A DNA stretch of 64,000 nt from the human T2T-CHM13v2.0 reference genome, Homo sapiens, in assembly GCF_009914755.1 (NCBI RefSeq), contig NC_060945.1; one strand, written 5' to 3'. Position numbers and translations under genes: made by a program. Within the stretch, counting starts at the first letter, position 1, and the number at the start of each line of letters is the position of its first letter. The notes under the pieces were generated by a model that saw nothing but the letters and a program-made list of their open reading frames with translations, did not search any database and had not been told where the DNA came from. Positions 51,571 through 64,000 of the stretch are shown piece after piece.

Positions 51571-51600
51571 AATAAATGTCTGAAACAGATGTGTGTTTCT
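51571..51600 (+). terminator. B3GALT5: Distal canonical poly(A) signal
   Basis: AATAAA at 51571-51576, then CA, then a GU-rich element (gatgtgtgtttct), at the end of a long AU-rich tract. Confidence 0.65.
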
Positions 51601-52461
51601 GACTTAATCATGCATGGGTCACCGTTCCTGCAGTACTGCAGGCCTGGAAATCTCTGCCCACCGATGCTCCTGGCAGGCTGCATCCAGGACCCGCTCAGAA
51701 ACGAATCTGGAGTTGGAGGCGGCAGGGAGGGAGGGGTGCAGCACTGTGTGTGGGGAAGTGGTGGATCCTGAAGGTGGGCGGGGGGTGGTGCAGCTTCAGA
51801 GGATGAGGGTCCCTCCTGCTCCCTCCCCACCAGCCGGCCTTGCCATCCCCCTGTGGCAAGGTGGGGGCTGTCCCTGGACCCTGGAAGGCTGGTCCTTTCT
51901 CGCTGGCTGCTCCCTCCTCCGGGACTCCATGCCCACCATCATCTCCTCTCCCACAATGGCCACTTCTCCCTTCCAGAACCTTCCTCAGCACACAAGCCTG
52001 CTCTCACTGCCCACTCAAAGATGACTTGCTGGACTTTCCCCTTTTCTAGTAGTGCCTTTCTCTCTCTTTTTTCCCTTAAGGCTAAAGCTCCTCCCAAGAG
52101 TGGCCTTCCCCTCTGCTGCCACCTCAGCTCCCCTCTCCTTTCCCCCACCATGGCCCTGAATTAGCTGTTGCGGCCGCACCAGCACTTGGGTTGGGTCAGC
52201 ACCGTGTCACTCTGGGCGCTTGCCTGGCCAGGTCTTGGCAGTGCCTGGCACTGGAGCCTGCCCTGCTCCCTCCCGCACCCTCCTGGCTCCAGGACATCTC
52301 AGCCTGTTGCCTTTCCTCCCCTCCCAGCAGCTCCCTCCACTCTTTTTGGCTCACTCCACCTCCTTGTCCCGCCCTCTCATGGTGGAGGGCCCTGGCTGAG
52401 ACCCCAGGCCTCCCGCTCGCCATCAGTACTGCCTGCCAGTCAGAGCACCTGTCTCCCCATG

Positions 52462-52843
52462 TGTTCGTTTGTCTCAGGGCCATGGAAACAGAACACAAGC
52501 CATCCAGCTGGAAAGAAACGCAACAGGTGTTTCTCTTCCCGTCGTCTTGGAGGCCAGGTGTCCAAGATAAAGGTGTCGTCAGGGCTGGCTCCTCCTGAGG
52601 CCTCTCTCCTTGGGGTGTGGATGGCGCCTTCCTCCTGTCTCTGCACATGGCCTCTCCTTTGTGTGTGTCTGTCTCCATTTCCTTTTATATTTTATAAGGA
52701 CACCAGTCACATTGGATCTGGGCCCACCCTCTTGACCTCATTTTAACTTGATTACCTCTTTAGAGACCCCGTCTCTGGCTACTGGAGGTTGGAACATCAG
52801 CAGATGAATTTTTTTGACAGGGGTCATGATTCAACCTGTAACA
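52462..52843 (-). mobile_element. MaLR solo LTR (MLT1B-like)
   Basis: ttataaggacaccagtcacattggat motif, ends ttcaacctgtaaca; TSD ccatg/tcatg. Confidence 0.85.
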
Positions 52844-53509
52844 TCATGGGTTTCAATTCCATCTCTATGTTGATGGCTCCCAAATATGGGTCATGACCTC
52901 TGACTTTTCACTGAACCCCAAACCCAGATATTCCAGTTCCTGTTCAGCAGCATCACTTTGATGTAAAATGGGCAAAGCTGAACTCTCACTTTTCCCCTTC
53001 AGACTGGCCTCTCTGCTATCTCAGTATTTCTGCTGCCAGTGCCTCACGCTCAGGAGTTTGCTTTGGCTCCTGTCTTTCCTGAACATCCTGCAGCAGCAGG
53101 TCCCGAGCCTCCTCAGGGGAGAAGAGCCTAAATCGGGCCGTTTTCACTGCCCTCAGCCCCCCACCCAGGCCGCTGTCATCCGTCACCTACACTTCTGCGG
53201 GGGTCTCCCAGTGAGCTCCCTGTGCGTTCTTTGACATGTGTGTGGCCTCATCTACACAGAGTGGTCTCTGAAATGCATGAATAAGATCGTGGACCACTGC
53301 TGCTCATTGTTCTAGAAGTTTTTATTTACCTTCAATGTGACTGTGAAGTCCTTACCATGACTCACAAGATGACCTCTGGCTCCTGAATGCCCCTGCAACT
53401 CCCCACCACGCCCTGCCTTTCACCCCTGGGCCAGCACACGGTCCTTGCACTTTCCTCCAGGCAGCCCAGCCCCTTCAGCCCCGTCAGTGTCACGTGTTTC
53501 CCCAGGACC

Positions 53510-53892
53510 TTCCCGTGGGTGCCTCTCATGCCATAACAGGGCACCACAGATGAGTCGGCTTCAACAACAGACCTCGGTTCTCTCACAGTCCTGGAGGCTG
53601 GCGTCCCAGATCAAGCCGTCACAGGGCTGGTTCCTCCTGAGACCCCTCTCCTGGGCTTGCAGATGACATCTTCCCCTTGTGTCCTCATGGGGCCATCCTT
53701 CTTTGTCTGTGTCCTCATCTCCTGTCCTTACAAGGACACCTGTCTGATAGGGTCAGGGCCCAACCTGACGACCTCATTTTACCTTGATTACTTCTTTAAA
53801 TGCCCGATGTCCAAATACAGTCACATTCTGAGGTGCTGGGGGTCAGGACTTCAACATATGGATCTTGGGGGGATTCAAGTCCACTGCTAACA
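53510..53892 (-). mobile_element. MaLR solo LTR (MLT1B-like)
   Basis: caaatacagtcacattctgaggtgctggggg...ttcaacatatg motif. Confidence 0.8.
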
Positions 53893-55193
53893 CCGCCCCC
53901 CCCTCTGTGAGTACCTCTTGCACCCTCGCCTTGTTCCTTCAGTGTGCTCTATTTTCTTCATGTCACTCATCCCTGCCCACATTTTACTGGACACTTATGC
54001 ATCTCTTGTCTCTCCCTATGGACTGTAAGCTCCATGAGTGCAAACACTGCCTTCCTGCCCACACTCCACGGCATTTACACGGCATTTACAGCGGCGCCTC
54101 CCACCCAGCAATCCATTTTTCTGAACAAATGGATGAGCCTGTGGTTTGAAGGACTTGAGTCTGAGAGCGTTTGACTTTAGGAGCTGGAGGGTGGGTCTGT
54201 GACTGCACTGGCGAGGACTACCTGGTGGAGGGGCTGCTGAGTGGGCCCAGCCAGGAGAGGGTGTAAGGAAAGAGAGCAGCGGTACCTGCCTCCCGTCACG
54301 CAGTGTCTTGGAAGAATGAATGTGGGGACGTATTTCATTTCATGCCATTTGAATAGCTACTAGAATTATCCCCACTTTACAACAGACACAAGTGGCCTGC
54401 GTTAGATTATTAAGGACGCCAAAGGAGAAATAAACCGTGACATCAGCCATTCCCTCTACATGGCCTGATGACTTTCTCTAGCCATACAGCATAATGATCG
54501 AACAAAGAAATGCCCTCATTGTCATGAGGTCCTTATGCAATTGTGCTATCCTGTGAAGAACCACCAGGTAGGTACAGGAAGGAATCACTTTGGCAGAAAA
54601 CCGCAAGACAACACACTTCTGACTGTCTTTAGGTTTCTAGGTAATTGCAGTTTGCATGTTCAGACTTACAGCGCCTCTGAACCACGACGAAACATTCTTT
54701 TCGTCAGGCATCCGTGGCCAGGAACATTGTCTCTGGCAGGCCTCTCCCAGCTCTCAGATGACAGATGCGTCTGTTTATTCTCTGGTTGTTTGAACAGTGC
54801 TGCGGCCCTGCAGGCTTTTCTGGGGCACTGTCCTTTGTCAGTGCAGATGGAGACTGGAGCTCAACAATTAGATTCCCTTCAGTGATGAGAACCTGGCTGC
54901 ACTTCAGTTCAGAGAATATTTCTGATCAGTGCTTTTAGCAGCGATGCTTTGGGTAATGCTTGCTCATCTCAGGAAAGAAACAAGAGCGTCAGACAGGGGA
55001 GGAACCCTGGAGATCCCCTGGCCCAACCTCTCTATTGTACAGAGGACGAAAAGCACTCACAGCTGCCTTGTCCACAGGAAACGGTGTCAGAAACAAAGCC
55101 TTCCTACTCATGTCTCTGTAATTTTAGCTGTTTCTAGATATTGAATGCCACAATAAATAGCACGTAAGATGTTACATTGAAAAACGAAACCTT

Positions 55194-55530
<337 letters not shown>

Positions 55531-55864
55531 TCAGAGAAGACCGTAGTTAAGACTGTATATAAGAGCAGAAAAAACCATTCTATCCAGAGGCTCAGAAAGT
55601 TTACTTTTTTGCCCAAGTCATACAGCTAGAAATTGACCCTGGAGTTTTAACTTCAACTTTACTGCATTACAGCCTAGAATTCAAAAATAGACCCAAAGGT
55701 GTACATCTTAAAGGAGGCACGCTGTAATTCTATGCTCAGACTTCCAGTCGCGTACTGACTTGCACTTGCTAAGCATTCATCAACGCATTTTAGTTGGATG
55801 CCTATCATGCATCACAGCTCCTGGTGTCATGAACTTCTTTTCTGTTTAAGAAAGTGGTTTGTAA

Positions 55865-56248
<384 letters not shown>

Positions 56249-56463
56249 TGAGAGGCCAGGAAAGCTTTCCAGAGAAAGTGAAGTCTAACCTGAAACCTAA
56301 GTAAGACCTAGTCACATGGGAGGAGAAGGGGGCTCCATGGAGAGAGGCCAGCGTGTGAAAAGAAGCAAGGGGGTGGGGAGCTGAAGCAGGGGGCGGGGGA
56401 AGGCATGAGGTTCAACACAGCAGGAGCACTGAGTCCAAAGTGGTAGGATGCAGAGATGAGGCC

Positions 56464-56700
56464 TGTTGTGGACTGAATGTGCCCCTCTCAGATTCGTATG
56501 TTGAAGCCCTAATCAGTAGTGTAATGGTATTAGGAGATGGGGCCTTTGGGAGTTAATTCAGTTATGGGGGTGGAGCCCTCATAAATGCAATAGGTGCCTT
56601 TATAAGAAGAAACACAAGAGAAATGACCTCTCTCCCTGCCATATGAGGGCAGGGCAAGAAGGCCAAAAAGGTGACTATCTGCAAACCAGGAAGAGTGGGG
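56464..56700 (+). mobile_element. Truncated MLT1A-like LTR
   Basis: tgttgtggactgaatgtgcccc...tatgttgaagccctaa start. Confidence 0.75.
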
Positions 56701-57033
56701 ACCATGGCATGCTATAGAGAATACTAAGGACACAGGGCAAAAAATCTGGTGGCAGAAATCCAGGCTGCAAACTGACTATTGGTTTTAGTCTTAGCTCTGG
56801 ACCTCGCACTTTAAGCAAGAGACTTAGTCTCTCTAAGACTGGGTGCCTACAAATTTTTTTTTTTTTAATCAGCAAAATAAAGATAACTATCCTTTCCTTA
56901 CCATTCACCCAGCGATACTGTTGTCCCATAAAACCACCTGTGCATAAAAAAGAAAAGCATCCCTTTCTTCTGGCTCTTCAGCTGGGTGTCCTTGGGAAGG
57001 GGACCTCCTGCATGAGCTTCGGTGATGGCTGCA

Positions 57034-57997
57034 TGAGTTAGCTAATGCTATGTAATGAATTACCACTCCAGTAGCTGAAACCAACATTTATCATTGCAGA
57101 ATTTCTTTGAGACTCTAGGCATGGTTAGCTGGGTGTCTCTGGCACGGGGTTTTTCACAAGGCTGCAGACAAAGTGTTGGCTGGTGGCTCATCTGAAGGCT
57201 TGACTGGGGATGGGTCCTCTTCCCAGCACACCCAGTGTTGTTGGCAGGACTTAGTTCTGTATTAGTTGTCTCTCTCTACCAGAGAGAGACAGCACCAGCA
57301 GGAGATGTATTTCTATCCATATCTGTATTTGTAGCTCTACCTCGATGTCTTTATTGCAAGGAATTGGCTTGTGCAATTATAGTTATTGGCCTGACAGGTC
57401 TGAAACCCACAGGGCAGGCCATCAGGAAGGGCAGGCTGGAATCCTTTCGATGCTGCAGTCTGCAGGTAGAATTTCTTATTTCTCAAAGGAGCTGCAATTC
57501 TGTTTTTTAAGAACTTCTGGTTGATTGGCTTAGGCCCACCCACATTATCCAGGATAACCTCTCTTGTATAAAGTCAACTGATTGTAGATGTTAACCACAT
57601 CTACAGAATAGCTTCACAGCAACACTTAAGCTAGGGTCATATCAAATCATGGGGACTGTAGCCTGGCCATAAGGACACACCAGCCTGATCATTACAAGTT
57701 CGTTTCTTTGCGGGTGTGAAACTGAGGGTCTCAGTTCCTTACTGGCTGTCAACAGAGTCCACCCTCAGTTCCCTGTCAGGTAGCTCCCCACACTCAGCTC
57801 ACAACACAGCAGGTGGTGAGTCCATGCAAGGCCCACATCACAATCTTCTGTAGCCTGACCATGTAAGATGCAATGACCTCTTGTTTCTCTTGTTGGATTC
57901 TGTTCATTAGAAGTAAATCTCCTGGTCCCACCCCTACTCAGGGGGAGAGGTTTGCTTCAGGGCCGTGAGTAGAAGTCTGCAATCACAGTGGCCCTAC
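57034..57997 (-). mobile_element. MLT1F/G-like MaLR LTR, split by an MLT2 insertion
   Basis: MLT1 sequence reads continuously across the insertion (ggacttagttc|...|agttcgtttctttgcggg). Confidence 0.7.
57258..57696 (-). mobile_element. MLT2 (ERVL) solo LTR
   Basis: TG...CA termini, perfect TSD agttc, and the aaagtcaactgattgtagatgttaa motif. Confidence 0.88.
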
Positions 57998-58253
57998 TCA
58001 GTCATTTCTGGGGAAAGTATCTGAGATGATATGTGTGAAATAATTGTGTGAGCCTGTATGTAAATATTAGCTAGAACCACAGGAAATTGTTTATTTTTCA
58101 CCTACAAAAATGGCTCACCTAATGTAAATGATTATAGTAACATAGGGGACTGAGAGGGCATAAAACGACTTTATAATATTGGGGGGGACCAGGCAAGAAT
58201 GAAATCTTGGCTAAATGGCAACTAAAACAGACAGAACCTGGGGATAGACAGGG

Positions 58254-58254
<1 letters not shown>

Positions 58255-58313
<59 letters not shown>
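58255..58313. repeat. (GA)n microsatellite
   Basis: Seen directly. Confidence 0.97.
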
Positions 58314-58316
<3 letters not shown>

Positions 58317-58371
58317 AGGTGCTGCTGATCGTAGTAGGTTTGCATTGGGCTTATTTTTCTTTCTATATATT

Positions 58372-58700
58372 GTCTATCATCTATCTATTTTCTATCTATC
58401 TATCATCTATCTATCTATCATCTATCTATCATCTATCATCTATCTATCTATCATCTACCTATCATCTATCTATCTATCAATCATCTATCTATCATCTATC
58501 TATATCTATCATCTATGTATCTATCATCTATCTATCATCTATCTATCATCTATCTTCATCATCATCATCTATGTGTTATCTATCTTCATCATCATCTATG
58601 TGTTATCTATCTTCATCATCATCATCTATGTGTCATCTATCTATCTGCCTACCAATCTATCTAATCTGTCTTGTCATCTATCATCTATGTATTAATCTAT
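58372..58700. repeat. Complex (TCTA/TCA)n low-complexity repeat
   Basis: Seen directly; produces the spurious IYLSS/IIY ORFs. Confidence 0.95.
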
Positions 58701-58744
58701 TACGCATTTTGTACTGGTCAGATGCTAGGCTTTATTTGAGCCTA

Positions 58745-59851
<1,107 letters not shown>

Positions 59852-60856
59852 TATTTACAATGCAACACAAGGCCAGTGCTTTAGAAATGTTTTGTCTGTA
59901 CCTTGAGAAATGAATTTGTTCTACATTTGTAGCACACTGCCTGTGAGATAATAGTGGTGATTGTGTAATTCAAAAATGACTACCCGTAGATGGTACAAAG
60001 GAATGAGTTGGATAGATGAGTTAGAATCTAAACCTCTCTGAGAACATCTTGTTTTGTAAATTTGACTTTGTAACAATATGAATATTTTTATGATTATACA
60101 CCAAAATAAAAAAGTAATTTCCAAAGTTTATTGAAAAAAACAAAATAAAACAAATGAACTTCGCTGTGTATTGACTTTGTAGTATGGTAACATATGGTTT
60201 CACAGTATTTCAAGTGACTTTAAAACATGGTACCTTGCCTACCCTCAGTAGGATAAACCCTAAAAACAAAAAGAATGGCAAAAAAAAAAATACTTTAAAC
60301 TCCTTTCAGGGATCTTGTCTGTGGTGGTAGAGTTGATGTGGTCATTCCTAGACAATTATATCTGTAATGTGAAATGAAGCAAGTGAGTAATTACATTGAG
60401 AACCAGAATGTTCAGTGTTGCTGAGAGGAGATGCGAATGTAAGATCTATGAGGTTAAATAAACACTCTGTTGCTCCGAACTTGATTTGGCAATATCAAGC
60501 TACACTCATGATGTAATTTCTTTCTGTCTTAAAAACATTTCCTTATTTTTGTCTAGGCTACAGGACTAGAGACAATGAATAATCCTTCAGCAATGAAGAC
60601 TCTCACTGTCCATATTGTGCTAAAAAAAAAAAAAAAAACCCACAAACAAAACACACAATCTAGAGATCCTTGAAAAAATGGCTGATTTCAGAATTGAGGT
60701 AGAAATTGTAGAAGATAAGCTTGAAATATGTTATCCTACCAGAAAGCAGGCAAGCCAGCAAGCACTATGGGATCATGTCACAAAGACTCAGGAGCCTGTA
60801 GTCTATATAACAAGCCTGTAGTCTCATTACAATTAGTTGTAATAAGAATAATTAGA

Positions 60857-61163
60857 CTAGGTGTGGTGGCTCATGCCTGTAATCCCAACAATTTGGGAGC
60901 CCAAGGCAGGAGGATCACTTGAGTCTGGGGGTTCAAGACCAGCCTAGGCAATGTAGTGAGACCCCAATTCTACAAAAATAAAAAAAAAATTAGCCCAGGA
61001 TGGTGGCATGCAGCTGTGGTCCCAGCTACTTGAAAGGCTGAGGCAGGAAGCTCACTTGAGCCTGACAGGTCAAGGCTGCAGTGAGCCATGATCGGGCCAC
61101 GGTACTCTATGCTGGGCAGCAGAGTAAGACCCTGTCTCAAAAACAAACAAACAAACAAACAAA
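60857..61163 (+). mobile_element. AluJ element with (AAAC)n tail
   Basis: Dimeric Alu. Confidence 0.93.
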
Positions 61164-61331
61164 CATCACTGCATTGGAATCCCATTAGTTGTCTAATGAT
61201 ACTAAAACACACACACACATCAGTCATATTTAGAAAATATCAGGGGACCAATTCACTATTTTTGGAAGTATAAACAAAGAGAAAGGGTATAACATGTATC
61301 CTGATTTTTCTGTATAAAATATACTGCATAT

Positions 61332-61532
61332 CAGGGGTTGGAGAACCAGAGCTTGAGAGTCAAATTGGGCCTGCTGCTCTGTTTTTGTGAATAAAGTTTT
61401 ATTGGAACACAGTGGGTTTGTCTGTGGCCTCTCTCACACTATGGCAGTAGAGCTAAGTAGTTGCCAAAAAGACCATATGGCCCAGAAAGCCAAACATATT
61501 TATCATTGGGCCCTAATGTAGGTTGAACCCTG
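61332..61532 (+). mobile_element. MER58A DNA transposon
   Basis: caggggttgg...aataaagttttattggaacacag...aaccctg. Confidence 0.8.
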
Positions 61533-61570
61533 CCTTAGGGTATCTATATATTTGACGAGGGGAGCTATCC

Positions 61571-61659
61571 TTTTTTAAAAAATAATTTTTATTTTTAATT
61601 TTTGTGGGCACATAGTAGGCATATATATTTATCGGGTACATGAGATATTTTGATATAAA
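61571..61659 (-). mobile_element. Very short 5'-truncated L1MA insertion
   Basis: L1MA 3' terminus flanked by TSD gggagctatc (61560-61569 / 61660-61669). Confidence 0.8.
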
Positions 61660-61842
61660 GGGAGCTATCTTTTAATAGCTGTATTGAAGATAATAAATAA
61701 AAAAGGAGTGATAGAATATCACCAGCTTGCAACTATTAATGCAAATAGGGGAACAAATTAATAATTATAAATGGTTGCTAATATTATTGAAGAGAGACAA
61801 CCAGATACTAAAGGCTTTCTGATAGAATTGCATGATACCACC

Positions 61843-62196
61843 TGCATTAGTCCGTTTTCATGCTGCTGATAAAGACATACCTGAAACTGGCAATTTATAA
61901 AAGAAAGAGGTTTAATTGAGCTTACAGTTCCACATCGCTGGGGAAGCCTCACAATCATGGTGGAAGGCAAGGAGGAGCAAATCATGTCTTACATGGATGG
62001 CAGTAGGCAAAGAGAAGCCTTGTGCAGGGAAACTCCCCCTTATAAAACCATCAAATCTCATGAGACTTATTCACTATCATGAGAACAGCATGGGAAAGAC
62101 CTGCCCCCATGATTCAATGACCTACCACCAGATCCTTCCCACAGCACATGGGAATTCAAGAAGAGATTTGGGTGGGGACACAGCCAAACCATATCA
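61843..62196 (-). mobile_element. THE1 (MaLR) solo LTR
   Basis: attagtccgttttcatgctgctgataaagacatacc...cagccaaaccatatca; TSD ccacc/ccact. Confidence 0.93.
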
Positions 62197-62825
62197 CCAC
62201 TTATGAAATATTCTTGCAAAAACAAAAACAAAAAAAAATCAAATCTAAATCAGGTCAGACTTTTATATCTAACTACCAATCTACAGGAAATCCAGGGGAC
62301 AGAAGAATCTCTTTACTAGCAACACAGGCAATCAGCAAAGTCTCGGATGGTGGGAAACTATGGGACAAACAACTGGGTTTCTTCCACAAATATATTGTAA
62401 GGAAAAGAGAATGCAGTGGTGGGATGGGGAGGAGCTTATGGATTAAGACAGAAAGAAAGCAACATTGTGGGCAATTGCAATTTATGGCTGTTTCTTATTT
62501 TCTGATTACAACACAAATACTCTGATAAAACATTTATAAGTGGGGAAATTAAACACATTCTAGATATTTGATAACATCACAGAATTATTGTTAAATTTTA
62601 GATGTGATAGTTGTATTATGGCTGTGTTTAAAAGAGTTCTTGTCTTTTACAGATGCATACTGGAATATTTATGAACAATAAAATATCTGGTATTTGCTTC
62701 CAAATAATTTGACATAATTGGAAGGAAGTGGGTGGGTATGTCAATGAAGCAGATAAGTTGATAATATTGAAGTTGGCTAATAGTTACATGTAGGGTTGTC
62801 ATACTATTTTCTCCACTTTTATATA
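62197..62825 (+). mobile_element. Old L1M 3' region (other fragments at ~59960-61840)
   Basis: L1MD/ME-like 3'UTR motifs (tggtatttgcttccaaataa...catactattttctccactttt). Confidence 0.6.
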
Positions 62826-63680
62826 TGTATTAGTTTTCTGTGAGTGTTGTAAGAAATAACCACAAACTTGGTGACTTAAAACAAGGTTAAATTTATCTTA
62901 CAGTTCTGTAGATCAGAAGTCCAACATGAGTCTCATGGTGCTAAAATCATGGTGTCAGTAGGTGTCTTCGTCTGTTCTGTGCTGCTGTAACAATACCTGA
63001 GGCTGGGTAATGTATAATGAACAGAAACTTATTTCCAATAGTTTTAGAGATGGTAAAGTCCGAGATCAAGGGGCTGGCATCTGGTGAGGGTCTTCTTGCT
63101 GTGTCATCCCATAGCAGAAGTTAGAAGAGCAAGGAAGGGTAAGAGAGAGCAAGAGATCAAACTCAAAGACTCAAGCCCTTTTATAATCAACATTAATCCA
63201 TTCATGAGGGTGAAGCCCTCATTACCTAAATGCTTAAGGCCTACGTCTTAACACTGTTGCACTGGGGATTAAGTTTCCAACACATGCCTTTTGGGGACAT
63301 AGTCTAGCGATAGCGGTGGGCAGGGCTGCATTCCTTTCTGGAAGCTCTGGGGAGAATGTTTCCCTGCCTTTTCCAGCTTTTAGAGGCTGCATATTCCTAA
63401 ACTTGTGACCCTTTCTTTCACCTTCAAAGCCTCAAGGGCAGGTTGAGTCCTTCTTATGCTGCCATCTCTTTGGGTTCTCACCAGCCATGAAATATCCTCT
63501 GCTTTAAAAACCTCCTGTGGTTACACTGGGCTCACTGGTTAGTCCAGGATAATCTCCCCATCTCAAGGTCAGATGATTAGCAACCTTAATTTCCCTTTGC
63601 CATGTAATCTAACATATTCACAAAGTCTAGGAATTAGGGTGTAGATATCTTTGGCGGATGGAATTATTCTGCCTGCTACA
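62826..63680 (-). mobile_element. MLT1D/E-like LTR, split by an MST LTR
   Basis: tgtattagttttctg ... attattctgcctgctaca termini. Confidence 0.85.
62963..63315 (-). mobile_element. MST (MaLR) solo LTR nested in MLT1
   Basis: TSD gtagg/gtggg and MST motifs (cactggggattaagtttccaacacatg). Confidence 0.85.
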
Positions 63681-64000
63681 TTATATGTTAGGCATTTTCC
63701 ACAATAGAATGTAGAAAACAATATACAAAAGTTACCTGAGGAAAAGCACACCCTTCATTTTTTTCTTTAGACTGTGTTTATTAATTGTCTGCACAACCAA
63801 TTAAGTTTAGAGCAAAAGTTGAACATGGTCCATGGTAATAAGGATATTAACTTTGCCCTATTTATGACACCAAGAGGAAAATGCAGATGTTGTAATCTCA
63901 TCACTATGTAGATTGCATCTAAAGCATTGAATAGAAAGAGGAACCATTATAGGATGATGCTACAGATAAAATTTAGTTTGCCTAATTTATTATCTTGTTT

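Larger units (their letters stand above)
39945..51590 (+). other. B3GALT5: B3GALT5 3'UTR (short form to ~41340, long form to ~51590)
   Basis: Continuation of the terminal exon, with poly(A) signals listed separately and an AU-rich UTR-like distal segment at ~50440-51580. The ends agree with my recollection of the annotation but are unverified. Confidence 0.6.
51900..54135 (+). mobile_element. Fragmented L2 LINE interrupted by two MaLR LTRs
   Basis: L2 body fragments and the L2 3' motif gactgtaagctccatgag. Confidence 0.6.

Overview
This is human (or closely related great-ape) genomic DNA from the B3GALT5 locus on chromosome 21q22. There is one real protein-coding region: the intronless B3GALT5 CDS (39012-39944, +), a GT31 beta-1,3-galactosyltransferase whose ATG sits exactly at a splice acceptor. 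Upstream are non-coding 5' exons (24859-25089, 38205-38364, probably 36238-36346) and the MLT2 (ERV-L) solo LTR (35610-36255, perfect CCTGG TSD) known to act as the gene's gastrointestinal promoter. The native first exon lies upstream of the window. Downstream is a 3'UTR with a weak proximal poly(A) region (~41320-41340) and a canonical distal AATAAA (51571), which would give a UTR of about 11.6 kb. The rest is intronic or intergenic sequence dense in Alu, L1, L2, MIR, MaLR/ERV LTRs and DNA-transposon fossils; I see no support for any other ORF-track entry being a gene. I found no new multi-gene system. The most notable unexplained structure is a ~310-bp local inverted duplication (6305-6613 / 8129-8435) with a 93-bp near-perfect core. 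Also notable are a splice-dependent ATG that is either a 4-aa uORF or an N-terminal extension, a heavy uORF load on exon-2-containing transcripts, and a palindrome plus tandem E-box element just downstream of the LTR promoter. Repeat subfamily names come from recognition, not from a RepeatMasker run, and boundaries without TSDs are approximate.
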